Positions 9,573-19,196 of a stretch of DNA of 57,950 bases are shown here, in pieces. Every line of letters begins with the position of its first letter. The stretch's first letter is position 1. The position numbers and the translations under genes were made by a program. The DNA is from Burkholderiales bacterium (GTDB taxonomy: Bacteria > Pseudomonadota > Gammaproteobacteria > Burkholderiales > Burkholderiaceae): assembly GCA_026225455.1 (NCBI GenBank), contig JAMFSV010000090.1:1-57950 (forward strand). The letters run 5' to 3'. The notes under the pieces are model-generated. The model had not been told where the DNA came from. It saw nothing but the letters and a program-made list of their open reading frames with translations, and searched no databases.

Positions 9573-12076
9573 AGATTCGTAAATTCTTCGCGGGTTCGTC
9601 CCGTGAGGCGCTGCGCCTGGTGCGCGAAGCGCTGGGCCCCGATGCCGTAGTGCTGAGCAATCGCGCCGTCGATGGCGGGGTTGAATTGGTCGCGCTGGCC
9701 GAAAACGATCTGGCGACGCTGGCGCATCCCGGTTTATCCGCCGAACCGGTGCGCGATAGCGGGGTGCAAGCTCAAGGTGCGCCCGTCGCTCCCGTACCCG
9801 TACCGCATGCTTCGCAGCTACCGTATTCAGCGCCGATATCGCAGATGCCGCAGCGCGGCGGGGCTGCCCTGCCGGACCCGTTTGCCTCGACTTTCGGTGC
9901 GCCCGCCGCCAGTGTCGATTATCCCTCGCACTATGCGTCCGACTCGGCCTCGCCGCGTCCACCGTCCCGGCCGACCTGGGATGACCAGCATACCGCGGGC
10001 GTTGCCGCCTCCTACGAAGGACGCACCCAGGCGCCGGCCGCACGCAAGCCGGCCGAACCGAACCAGGCGGTCGACCATGTGGTCGAACGCGCGGTCGAGC
10101 GTTCGCTGCGCCAGCAATCGGAGCGCATCGCCGCGTGGCGAGCCGAAAGCGCCGCGGCGCAAAGTTCGGGCTACGAGCCACAGGCTGACGCACGTCCAGC
10201 AACGCGCACCGAACCACGTTCGGAGTTACGCCAAGACCCGCGTCAAGACCCGCGTCAAGAGCACCACCAAGATCCGCGCAGCGACCGGTCTGCCGCCGCC
10301 CGCTCCCAGGCGGCGCAACCGGTCCCAGCGCAATTTACGCCGCAGATGCCGCAGTCGCACGACCAAATTGTGCAAGCGACGTCTCACCCGGTAACGCCGG
10401 CCACCGCGATGGCTCGCAGCATGGGCGCCCCGAGCACGGCGCTGCCGGCTTATGCGGATTCTCATCCGGCTTCTCAGCACACTTCTCAGCACGCTTCTCA
10501 GTCGGCTTCGGATTGGAATGCCGAGCGTCATCACCATGCGCCACGGGATAGCGCGGTGCCTGCGGTTTCCCCAGCGGCCCAGGCCGTACCGTTTGCCGTG
10601 CCGGCTTCAGTGACTGCCCCGGCGCGCACTGCGTCCGTCCGTCAGGAGCTTGCCATGACTCTGCCCGATAGTGCCGCTGCTTTTGCCGTGCCGCCGGTGC
10701 GCTCTTATCCGGCGCTGGCGGCCTTGCCGCAACCGGCCTACGCGATGCGCACCACGGTAAGCGCTTCGATGGCCAGCCGTTTTCCGGCGCAAGCGGCCCC
10801 GGCCCCGGTCATTGCCGCCAGCCTGCCTGAGCCGATTGCCGCGTCGCTTGAGACGCCGCTTGCAGCCTCGGCCGTCGCCCCGCCGGTCGCGTCTGAAGCG
10901 GCCCCAGCCCCGCTGCCTCTACCGGCTGCGGCGGTAATGCCCGCCCCGGCACCGCTGCCGGAAATGCCGGTGTCGGCTGCCCCGGGCGAAACGAACGAAA
11001 TGGGCGATACCTCCGGCGGTCTGCACGATCTCGCCGCACAACTCGCGGCGGAGCCGGCCGACCAGGCGCAGGCGCGAGTCGCTGAATTGGTGGCGCAAAG
11101 CGTTATCGGTGAAATCCACTCGATGCGCGGCGTGATCGAAGAACAACTGGCCGGGCTGCTGTGGAGCGACCGGCAGCGGCGCGATCCGGCGCGCGGCCAG
11201 GCGGCCAAAACCCTGCTTGCCGCGGGCTTTTCATCGCAATTGGTCAAATTGTTGATCGAACGTATGCCCACTCAGCTCGACCATGCGCAGGCGATGGATT
11301 GGCTGAAAGCGGCACTGGGACGCAACCTTCCGGTATTGCAAAACGAAGACGCCCTGCTGGAGCGCGGCGGGGTTTATGCCCTGATGGGCCCGACCGGTGT
11401 CGGCAAGACCACCACCACGGCAAAATTGGCGGCGCGTTGTGTGATGCGCTACGGCGCCAATCGGGTGGCATTGCTGACGACGGATAGTTACCGGATCGGC
11501 GCGCACGAGCAGCTACGCATTTACGGCAAAATTCTTGGGGTGGGTGTGCATGCGGTCAAGGATGCCGCCGATTTGCGCCTTGCTCTTTCCGAGCTGCGTA
11601 ACAAACATATGGTGTTGATCGACACCATCGGCATGAGTCAGCGCGACCGCACCGTGTCCGAGCAGGTTGCCATGTTATGCGGCACCGGCACGCCGGTACA
11701 GCGTTTGTTGCTGCTTAACGCGACCAGTCATGGCGACACTTTGAACGAGGTGGTGCATGCCTATCGCAACCGCCAGGCGACTGAAGGACATTCCGACCTG
11801 GCCGGCTGCATTCTGACCAAGCTGGACGAGGCCACCAATATCGGTGCGGTGCTCGATACGGTAATCCGTTACCGGCTGCCGGTGCATTATGTCTCGACCG
11901 GACAGAAAGTACCGGAAAATCTCTATGTGGCGCGCAAGGACTTCTTGATCGAAAGCGCTTTTGCCGTACCCCGTGAGAGTTCGCCTTTTGCGCCCGCCGA
12001 AGATGAACTCGCCGCGATGATGGCGGCGGTCCCGACGCACGCAGCGGCCGACCTGAGCGAGGTCCGCCTTGGATAA
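9569..12076 (+). CDS. flhF: SRP-family GTPase FlhF (unusually long, 835 aa)
   Basis: N-terminal KIRKFFAGSSREALRLVREALGPDAVVLSNR; GPTGVGKTTT, DSYRIGA, DTIG, TKLDE, GQKVPE. Confidence 0.95.
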   Translation: MKIRKFFAGSSREALRLVREALGPDAVVLSNRAVDGGVELVALAENDLATLAHPGLSAEPVRDSGVQAQGAPVAPVPVPHASQLPYSAPISQMPQRGGAALPDPFASTFGAPAASVDYPSHYASDSASPRPPSRPTWDDQHTAGVAASYEGRTQAPAARKPAEPNQAVDHVVERAVERSLRQQSERIAAWRAESAAAQSSGYEPQADARPATRTEPRSELRQDPRQDPRQEHHQDPRSDRSAAARSQAAQPVPAQFTPQMPQSHDQIVQATSHPVTPATAMARSMGAPSTALPAYADSHPASQHTSQHASQSASDWNAERHHHAPRDSAVPAVSPAAQAVPFAVPASVTAPARTASVRQELAMTLPDSAAAFAVPPVRSYPALAALPQPAYAMRTTVSASMASRFPAQAAPAPVIAASLPEPIAASLETPLAASAVAPPVASEAAPAPLPLPAAAVMPAPAPLPEMPVSAAPGETNEMGDTSGGLHDLAAQLAAEPADQAQARVAELVAQSVIGEIHSMRGVIEEQLAGLLWSDRQRRDPARGQAAKTLLAAGFSSQLVKLLIERMPTQLDHAQAMDWLKAALGRNLPVLQNEDALLERGGVYALMGPTGVGKTTTTAKLAARCVMRYGANRVALLTTDSYRIGAHEQLRIYGKILGVGVHAVKDAADLRLALSELRNKHMVLIDTIGMSQRDRTVSEQVAMLCGTGTPVQRLLLLNATSHGDTLNEVVHAYRNRQATEGHSDLAGCILTKLDEATNIGAVLDTVIRYRLPVHYVSTGQKVPENLYVARKDFLIESAFAVPRESSPFAPAEDELAAMMAAVPTHAAADLSEVRLG
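10232..10279 (+). repeat. 12-bp coding tandem repeat (QDPR) inside flhF
   Basis: caagacccgcgt x2, caagagcaccac, caagatccgcgc, giving QDPRQDPRQEHHQDPR. Confidence 0.75.
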
Positions 12077-12923
12077 GATTGTGCTGGATCAAGCCGAAGG
12101 CCTGCGCCGCTTGTTGGCGCGGGACGTATCGCGGATTGTCAGCGTGGTCGGCGGGGTGCGCGGTGCCGGCACCAGTTCCGCCGTCGCCAACCTCGCCGCC
12201 GCGCTGGTTTATCAGGGCAAGGATGTGCTGGTTATCGACGAGAGCGCCGGGGGTCCGGGATCGGTGGCCGCGTCGCTCGGGATTGTGACGGGCGGTACTT
12301 TGCGCGACGTGGTGCAAGGGCGTTTGGTACTGGAGCAAGCCGTGGGGCGAACCGCCGACGGCGTGTCGGTGTTGCCCGCGCCCCGCGCCAGCCTCGACGA
12401 ATTGGACCCGGCGCAACTGTGCGCGGCGATCAACGGCTTTGCCGACATCGTGCTGATCGATGCCGTGCTCGATAGCGACGGCGGCTTGTCGCGACTGGCG
12501 ATGCAAGCGCATGATGTGGTGATTGCGATGCGCGTCGATGCGGCATCGATTACCGGCGCCTATGCTTGCGTCAAACGCTTGCATTACGCCCATGCGATGC
12601 AGCAATTTAGGGTGCTGATCAATGGCGCGGCTAGCGCCAGCGACGCACAAAGCGTGTACCATAACCTCTCGGGCGTGGCGAACCGCTATCTGGCGGTTTC
12701 TTTATCCCCGGCAGGCGCTATTTCGGCAGATCCGAGACTACCGCGCGCGCAGCAATTACGCCGCAGTGTAGTGGAAGCTTTTCCGGCAGCGCCATCGTCG
12801 GCCGACTATCGCCGGGTTGCGGGCGATTTATTGCACTGGCCGTGGCGTCCCGTCGCGGCATCGGTGCCTGATCGTTCGCGTTTGAGCGCAAGGACGCTGG
12901 TGCCGTCGACTCAGCTTGCCTAA
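12069..12923 (+). CDS. flhG: MinD-family flagellar number regulator FlhG/FleN (degenerate Walker A)
   Basis: DQAEGLR activator motif, MinD-like ANLAAAL..G.DVLVID and SITGAYACVK; lies between flhF and fliA. Confidence 0.88.
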   Translation: MDKIVLDQAEGLRRLLARDVSRIVSVVGGVRGAGTSSAVANLAAALVYQGKDVLVIDESAGGPGSVAASLGIVTGGTLRDVVQGRLVLEQAVGRTADGVSVLPAPRASLDELDPAQLCAAINGFADIVLIDAVLDSDGGLSRLAMQAHDVVIAMRVDAASITGAYACVKRLHYAHAMQQFRVLINGAASASDAQSVYHNLSGVANRYLAVSLSPAGAISADPRLPRAQQLRRSVVEAFPAAPSSADYRRVAGDLLHWPWRPVAASVPDRSRLSARTLVPSTQLA

Positions 12924-12930
12924 TAACAAT

Positions 12931-13674
12931 ATGATGTACACCGCTCAGGGAAAGGTCGCCACTTCTTCGGAAGTGCTCACTCAGTACGCACCTTTGGTGC
13001 GTCGGCTGGCATTGCAGTTGATCGCCAAATTGCCGGCGAGTGTGGATCTCGACGACCTGATCCAGGCCGGTATGATCGGCTTGATGGATGCCGCCGGGCG
13101 TTACAAGGAAGATCAAGGCGCCCAGTTCGAAACTTATGCCAGCCAGCGAATTCGCGGCTCGATGCTGGACGAGTTGCGCAACAACGACTGGTTGCCGCGC
13201 AGCATGCGTAAAACCTCGCGTGAGGTTGAGCATGCGGTGCATGAGGTCGAACAACAGCTCGGACGCGCGCCGCTGGAAACCGAAATAGCCGGCCACATGA
13301 AGTTGCCGCTTGAGGACTATCAATCCCTGCTGCAGGAATTGCACGGCAGCCAGCTTATTTATTACGAAGACTTCGATCGCGGCGGGGACGACGAACCGTT
13401 CCTCGACCGTTTTTGCGTCGATCGCGCCGACCCGTTGAGTTCCTTGCTCGACGAGCACTTGCGCGCGGCTTTGATCGATGCGATCGAACGTTTGCCCGAC
13501 CGTGAAAAACTGCTGATGAGTCTGTATTACGAGCAGGGTTTGAATTTGCGGGAAATTGGCGCGGTCATGGAGGTGAGCGAGTCGCGCGTATGCCAACTCC
13601 ACAGTCAGGCGGTGACCCGCCTCAGGACCCGTCTGCGGGAACTTGCCTGGACCTCGCCGGAATCATCCGGCTAA
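12931..13674 (+). CDS. fliA: Flagellar sigma factor sigma-28
   Basis: LPASVDLDDLIQAGMIGL, RIRGSMLDELR..DWLPRS, LNLREIGAVMEVSESRVCQLHSQA. Confidence 0.97.
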   Translation: MMYTAQGKVATSSEVLTQYAPLVRRLALQLIAKLPASVDLDDLIQAGMIGLMDAAGRYKEDQGAQFETYASQRIRGSMLDELRNNDWLPRSMRKTSREVEHAVHEVEQQLGRAPLETEIAGHMKLPLEDYQSLLQELHGSQLIYYEDFDRGGDDEPFLDRFCVDRADPLSSLLDEHLRAALIDAIERLPDREKLLMSLYYEQGLNLREIGAVMEVSESRVCQLHSQAVTRLRTRLRELAWTSPESSG

Positions 13675-13736
13675 GCTGCCCTGCCGCGCCACCGCGGTTC
13701 CCGCCTCGCGGATATAACGCTGCCGGCCCCCAAGCC

Positions 13737-15350
13737 ATGACTCGCAACCCTACCGACCTTGAAGCAGAAGCGCTATCCGCTCGCGCCGATGCGCTGCAGC
13801 AGCTCAGGCGTTATGCGGAGGCGCTCGCGGCTTATGACGCGGCGCTGGCACTTAAATCCGATTTCGCCGCCGCCTGGAATAACCGCGGCATTGCGCTGCA
13901 TGAGTTGGGGCATCATGAGGCGGCGCTCGCCAGCTATGAACGCGCACTCTCGCTTCAGCCGGATTTCGCCTTGGCCTGGAACAATCGCGGCAATACCTTG
14001 CTGGATTTGAAGGATTACGCCGCGGCGCTGGCGAGTCAGTCGCGTGCGCTGCAACTTGAGCCGAATTTGGTCGAGGCGCTGAATAACCGGGGCAACCTGC
14101 TGCGCCATTTCAATCGGCACGCCGAGGCGCTGGAGAGCTACGACCGGGCTGTCGCGTTGCGCCCCGATTTTGCCGAGGCCCATACCAACCGCGCTCACGC
14201 GCTGCGTGAAATGAACCGCATCGACGAGGCGCGCGAAGCATACCAGACCGTGGTCGGCTTGGTGCCCGATCGGGTCGGGCCTTATCGCAAACTGGCTTCG
14301 GTCACCCGTCTGACCTACGACCATCCCTGTTATCTGGCCTTGGAGCGGTTCGCCGGGCGCCGCGACCAGCTTAGTCCGCAAGATCGTATCGAATTGCATT
14401 TCGCGCTGGCCGATGCGCTGACGCAACTGGGTGCCGATGAACCCGCCTTCGCTCATGTATTACAAGGCAATGCCTTGCAGCGCCGCCTGACCGGCTACGA
14501 CGAAGCCGCGACCATGGCGCGTTACGCCTGGGTGCGACAGACCTTCACCCGGGATCATCTCCAGGCCTGTGCCGGAGGAGGCGACCTTTCCGACTCGCCG
14601 GTATTTATTATCGGCATGCCGCGCTCGGGTTCGACCCTGATCGAGCAAGTGTTGGCCAGTCACCCCGAGGTATACGGCGCGGGGGAATATGAGGCGTTTT
14701 CCGACGCGCTGGGCGAATGTGTCCGAGGTAAAGCGGGCGAGGGCCTGGCCGAAACCGCGATCCTCGGCGCACTGAGCGCGCCGGATTTCACGGCCATCGG
14801 TGCCGCGTATGAGCGCCGTATCGGTTATCTGGGCGGTATCGGGCGGGCTCACCGGCGGGTTGTCGACAAGACGCTGCCCAATTTCATGCAACTTGGGCTG
14901 ATTCATCTGGCCTTGCCCAATGCACGTTTTATTCACGCCCGGCGCAATCCGGTGGAGACCTGCCTGTCGTGTTTCTCCAAGCTTTTGGGCACGGCGTCGT
15001 TTAGCTTTGAATTGGGCGAACTCGGGCGTTATTACGCCGCCTACGACGCTTTGATGGCTCACTGGCGTGCGGTGTTGCCGGCCGGCGTATTGCTCGAAGT
15101 GGATTATGAGGCGATGGTCGGCGATTTGCCGGCTCAGGTGCGCCGTTTGCTGGCGCATTGCGGGCTGGCGTGGGATCCGGCTTGCCTGGCTTTTGAGCGC
15201 AACCCGCGGCCGGTGGCGACGGCCAGCGCACTGCAAGTGCGTCAACCGCTATATTCCGGCGCCGTGCGACGGCGGCGGCCCGCGCCTGAATTGATCGCAG
15301 CGCTGATGGCGGCCTTGGGCCCACTGGGCTCGGCTGCGGCAGAATCATGA
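13737..15350 (+). CDS. TPR-repeat sulfotransferase (PAPS-dependent, Sulfotransfer_3-like)
   Basis: About 5 TPRs (AWNNRG.AL..L..ALA.Y.RAL.L.P.F) followed by PVFIIGMPRSGSTLIEQVLASHP 5'-PSB loop, DKTLPNF, RRNPVETCLSCF, TASALQVRQPLY. Confidence 0.88.
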   Translation: MTRNPTDLEAEALSARADALQQLRRYAEALAAYDAALALKSDFAAAWNNRGIALHELGHHEAALASYERALSLQPDFALAWNNRGNTLLDLKDYAAALASQSRALQLEPNLVEALNNRGNLLRHFNRHAEALESYDRAVALRPDFAEAHTNRAHALREMNRIDEAREAYQTVVGLVPDRVGPYRKLASVTRLTYDHPCYLALERFAGRRDQLSPQDRIELHFALADALTQLGADEPAFAHVLQGNALQRRLTGYDEAATMARYAWVRQTFTRDHLQACAGGGDLSDSPVFIIGMPRSGSTLIEQVLASHPEVYGAGEYEAFSDALGECVRGKAGEGLAETAILGALSAPDFTAIGAAYERRIGYLGGIGRAHRRVVDKTLPNFMQLGLIHLALPNARFIHARRNPVETCLSCFSKLLGTASFSFELGELGRYYAAYDALMAHWRAVLPAGVLLEVDYEAMVGDLPAQVRRLLAHCGLAWDPACLAFERNPRPVATASALQVRQPLYSGAVRRRRPAPELIAALMAALGPLGSAAAES

Positions 15351-15460
15351 GCCGCCTGAGCGGGTATCGTAGGGGTGTGGTGCTGGCGGCGCGGTGGTCG
15401 GCTTATTGGGCCTGGGCCACCTTATTGGGGCCGCCTTGGCGGATAGCCTGATTGGGCGGT

Positions 15461-15961
15461 TTAGCGGATCGAGGCCGGCATGCGGCCATCGGGTCCGTAG
15501 ATCGCCACCGGTGCGATACCGCAAGCGTCGCGCAACACATTGAGTGCGCGTTGGTTGTAGTCCAGCCGGGTACGTACCAGCATGCCATTGGTCACATTGC
15601 GCGAACGCGCTTCGCTGGCGTGCCGTACCAAATCTTCCCAAATGGCTGTCAGGCGGGAATCCTGCTCGATCGCGCTGATCATGCCGGCACGGCCGTTACC
15701 GTGGCCCAGCGCTTGCAAACAACGCTCTCTTTGCAGCGCGAGTTCGGACAAACGGGCAATCAACGCCGATTTGCGGTCGACGATAGCCGGCAAATCGTCC
15801 AGTACCGGACCCGCCAGCAATGCGGCTTGTTCTTCTGCCAATACTTTGGCAAATTCGGCGGCCGCCGCCTGTTCTTCGGTGACATAGATCAGCAGCGCGC
15901 TTTTCATGGTGCGCAGGGCGGCGTTGGCTGCGGCGGCGTCGGACTGTTCTGAGTGTTCCAT
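15461..15961 (-). CDS. flgN: Flagellar export chaperone FlgN
   Basis: Helical ~166 aa protein with ARSRNVTNGMLV and C-terminal IYGPDGR; downstream of flgM. Confidence 0.88.
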   Translation of the reverse strand: MEHSEQSDAAAANAALRTMKSALLIYVTEEQAAAAEFAKVLAEEQAALLAGPVLDDLPAIVDRKSALIARLSELALQRERCLQALGHGNGRAGMISAIEQDSRLTAIWEDLVRHASEARSRNVTNGMLVRTRLDYNQRALNVLRDACGIAPVAIYGPDGRMPASIR

Positions 15962-16030
15962 GAATTTATAGCCTGGTGTGCTGCACATTAACCAACCACA
16001 GTTTTTACCTCAACACCCTCGGTCCCAGGA

Positions 16031-16393
16031 TTATTCTTCCTCTTGCGGGGCGTAAACCAGGTCGCGCGCGGTCTGGAGTATGCCGTCGGCGATATTGGCG
16101 GAATTAATCACCAATTGACCGTTGCTGATCTGATTTCTGATTTCAGAAACTTTTTTGGTATCGATATCGCCCGACAAGCCGGCCGCACGCAGTTGCGTCG
16201 AAATGGTCGAAATATTGACGGTTTCGGTAGCCGCGGCATTGGTCGAGGTTGCGGCAGCCGAGGTCGCGACGGTCGGTGCGGCAGGAGTGGCGGCGGTCTG
16301 CGTTGAAGCGTCGCCTTGCGCGGTACGCTGCGCGCCACCAGTTAGCGACGAGGCGCTATTCGGCGTACTTGTGACGTTCGGATCAATTTTCAC
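16031..16393 (-). CDS. flgM: Anti-sigma-28 factor FlgM
   Basis: (M)KID start, low-complexity N-half, C-terminal IDTKKVSEIRNQISNGQLVINSANIADGIL. Confidence 0.92.
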   Translation of the reverse strand: MKIDPNVTSTPNSASSLTGGAQRTAQGDASTQTAATPAAPTVATSAAATSTNAAATETVNISTISTQLRAAGLSGDIDTKKVSEIRNQISNGQLVINSANIADGILQTARDLVYAPQEEE

Positions 16394-16422
16394 GATGGCA
16401 TCCAACTGATGGTTTGCCTATT

Positions 16423-16449
16423 GTAACGGCAATCGGCGGCGAAACTTTA
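16423..16449 (-). promoter_or_regulatory. Sigma-28 promoter of flgMN
   Basis: TAAAGTTT-N11-GCCGTTAC on the minus strand, against consensus TAAAGTTT-N11-GCCGATAA. Confidence 0.85.
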
Positions 16450-16539
16450 GCGGTAATCTTACAGCGCATAAAAATAGTCCATTTAATTCAACGCTTAAGA
16501 TCCCTGGCTCAAGTGCGGCTCAAGCGGCTGAATACAGAG

Positions 16540-17874
16540 CTAAAGCGGAATCTCGACCGTATCGCGATCCTTCACTATGCCGTTGACCAACTGGCCGGAC
16601 GGTGTGCGAACCTTGACTGAATCGCCGGTGCCGCCGCTGCTGACGGCGTCGCCTTCGTAGCTGGCGGAAAACCCGCTGCCTTGCACTTCCAGTTTGACTG
16701 TTTGACCGGCTTGAATCACCGCGACCGTATGCAGCATATCCTGGCGCAGCAGCAAGCCGGTGCTGATGTGCTCCATACTGGATTTGCCGATAATTTGCGA
16801 CAGGTCGGTCACCACCGAGCGCGGCAAGTTGGTGAGATCGCCCTCGCGCGGGGTCAGATCACCTGCTTGAATCACCTGATTCGCCGCTATGTCGCGGCTG
16901 GCCACGAAATAGGTGGCCTTGACCGAAATCAGCGCTTGCAGATACATCACCCACGGATGGGCTCCGATACATCGCACGCCGACCGTGGTACGGCCCCAGA
17001 GACGGGCGCCGGGCGGCAAAAATGCCTCGAGCGAATCGCACGCGCTCAGCCCGCGCGGGGCGATAGCGGTCACGTTGATGCCCACCTGGCCCGGCAGGCC
17101 GGCTGTTTGCTGGCGTAAGAACTGGTCCGCGCTGGCGCGTATCGCTTCGTTATTTTCGGTTCCATTGGGGGCCAGGGCCGGCACCGGAGCCGACGCCGCG
17201 GCGGTCGCAGCCGGCGCGGGGCTGGAGTTGGCCGGCGCCGGGTCGGGCGACCCGATGCTGGGATCGATGCGCGGCGCCGGCAGCAAGCCGCCGACTGAGG
17301 GCGGGACCGCGATATTGGCGAGCGTATTCTGCGACGGGTTGGCCGCTGCATGCGGGTTGGGCTGCGGCGCGGGGGTTGCCGCAGCCGGAGTCGGAGCAGC
17401 CGGGCTAATAGGGGTGGAAATGGGTGCCGCAATGGGGGCCACAACAGAAGCGGTGACAGGCGCAACACTGCGGGTCTGCGTCAAACCTTGATTGCCCGCG
17501 GAAACCGCGATCGAGATCCGGTGGGGCGGCTCAATCACCGGCAAAGTCGGCATGACAGGGTGCAGCACCAAGGGATGCGAGGGCATCTGCAGGGCGGCTG
17601 GACCGTTTGAGGTATTTTGCGTGTGGTTGGGTATTTTGGGCATGGCATCCGCCACACCGCTGACAAAATGCCCGGTGCCGGGTGCGCTGGCAGCTTGCGG
17701 TGCGAGCATGGTGCCGCTGGCGGAAACCTGCGCGGCTGCGGGGCCGGCCGCCAGCCCCAGGGCACTGCCTACCAGCGCCAGCCGACGCAACATGGCGCTC
17801 CACCGGACCGGTAAGTGTTGCCGATGCGCCTGCCGCGCCCCGGGTCGTGCCGGGGGCGTTTGATCCAGCGCCAT
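16540..17874 (-). CDS. flgA: P-ring assembly chaperone FlgA with long Pro/Ala-rich N-terminal region
   Basis: C-terminal LWGRTTVGVRC, SAF domain, IQAGQTVKL..GSGFS...G.AV.SG..GDSVKVR; divergent from flgB; start uncertain (17874 has a GGAG RBS). Confidence 0.9.
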   Translation of the reverse strand: MALDQTPPARPGARQAHRQHLPVRWSAMLRRLALVGSALGLAAGPAAAQVSASGTMLAPQAASAPGTGHFVSGVADAMPKIPNHTQNTSNGPAALQMPSHPLVLHPVMPTLPVIEPPHRISIAVSAGNQGLTQTRSVAPVTASVVAPIAAPISTPISPAAPTPAAATPAPQPNPHAAANPSQNTLANIAVPPSVGGLLPAPRIDPSIGSPDPAPANSSPAPAATAAASAPVPALAPNGTENNEAIRASADQFLRQQTAGLPGQVGINVTAIAPRGLSACDSLEAFLPPGARLWGRTTVGVRCIGAHPWVMYLQALISVKATYFVASRDIAANQVIQAGDLTPREGDLTNLPRSVVTDLSQIIGKSSMEHISTGLLLRQDMLHTVAVIQAGQTVKLEVQGSGFSASYEGDAVSSGGTGDSVKVRTPSGQLVNGIVKDRDTVEIPL

Positions 17875-18277
17875 TGCGACTCTCCAAAAAAATCTGGTGT
17901 CCTGTTTCGTCAATTTCACATCGAACGAATTTGCGGAACACGATACTCTCGACTACAACTTAGATTGTAGTGACTGCAGATACCGCGAATACCTTGAATT
18001 GAAGCGCGCTTTGCCGCTTAATCGCACGATTGCCCGTGGCCTTCGGGTATTACGATGTGCCAAGGGTGAAAAATCCCTCGCAAAAAACACTTTTTGTTGA
18101 CGTAATGTGGCGTGACGGTGGGTTGGGCAGTTTGTTACCGCTTTATTTTTGAGATAATTGCGGTGCAACCCATCTGTTTGACCGAGCGCCGTGCTGGCCG
18201 GCCTGAAATGCATTCGGGCGGCGGCACCGCGTAATGGGAATACGAAGCGAGTATCAGAAAGCGGGAATCGTGCAGCC

Positions 18278-18766
18278 ATGGATAAACTCGACACGGAATT
18301 TAAGTTCGGTCAGGAAGCGCTGAATTTGCGCGCTTACCGGCAACAAGTCTTGTCATCGAATATCGCCAACTCCGATACGCCCGATTACAAAGCGCGCGAC
18401 GTGAATTTTTCGCAAGCCTTGACCGGAGCCCTGGCGCGTAGCGGCATCTCGACCGGGGTCAATGACGGCACGCTTGCCATGGCGGCGCCTTCGACCGGTG
18501 TAGCCGCGGCCCCTGGCGGGGTGACGCTGGCCACTGACGCGGCTGGACAGGTGCCGGGCGCGAGCAGTCCGGGCGGCGGCGCCAACGATAACTACGGCCC
18601 CTTGCTGTATCGCAATCCGGATCAGCCGAGCGCCGACAACAATACGGTGGATCTGGATACGGAACGGGTCAATTTCGCCGATAACACGGTGCATTACGAG
18701 GCCGTATTCACCCAGTTATCGGGCCAGATCAAGACCATGCTCGCGGCGCTTTCGACAGGAACCTGA
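18278..18766 (+). CDS. flgB: Rod protein FlgB
   Basis: [32 protein letters not shown]. Confidence 0.96.
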   Translation: MDKLDTEFKFGQEALNLRAYRQQVLSSNIANSDTPDYKARDVNFSQALTGALARSGISTGVNDGTLAMAAPSTGVAAAPGGVTLATDAAGQVPGASSPGGGANDNYGPLLYRNPDQPSADNNTVDLDTERVNFADNTVHYEAVFTQLSGQIKTMLAALSTGT

Positions 18767-18767
18767 T

Positions 18768-19187
18768 ATGACCATGATGAGTATTTTTCAGATATCCGGG
18801 TCGGCCCTGGCTGCCGAGTCGGAGCGCCTGAACGTGACCGCCAGCAATCTGTCCAACGTCAATACCACCAGCGGTCCCGACGGCCAGCCGTATCGCGCCA
18901 AGCAGGTGCTGTTCCAAACCGATCCGCTGGGCTCGCAATCGGCCACCAGCAGTCCGATAGGCGGGGTCAAGGTGACGGGCGTGATCGAAGACCCGACCCC
19001 ATTAAAAACTGTCTACGATCCGAATAATCCCGGTGCCAACGCGGACGGCTATGTGAGTTTGCCCAATGTCGACCCGGTACAAGAGATGGTGAATATGATT
19101 TCCGCTTCGCGCGCGTATCAAGCCGACGTTGAGACGCTCAATACCGCAAAAACTTTGATGCTCAAAACTCTGACTCTCGGTCAGTAA
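18768..19187 (+). CDS. flgC: Rod protein FlgC
   Basis: [44 protein letters not shown]. Confidence 0.97.
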   Translation: MTMMSIFQISGSALAAESERLNVTASNLSNVNTTSGPDGQPYRAKQVLFQTDPLGSQSATSSPIGGVKVTGVIEDPTPLKTVYDPNNPGANADGYVSLPNVDPVQEMVNMISASRAYQADVETLNTAKTLMLKTLTLGQ

Positions 19188-19196
19188 GGATAGGTC

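Noticed and set aside
9569-12076. flhF as a frameshifted fusion or pseudogene
   Set aside because: One continuous frame with intact N-terminal and GTPase motifs and normal overlaps with flhA and flhG
13590-13736. Longer start for the TPR-sulfotransferase overlapping fliA
   Set aside because: The extension overlaps fliA by 85 nt and is unstructured; ATG 13737 directly precedes the first TPR
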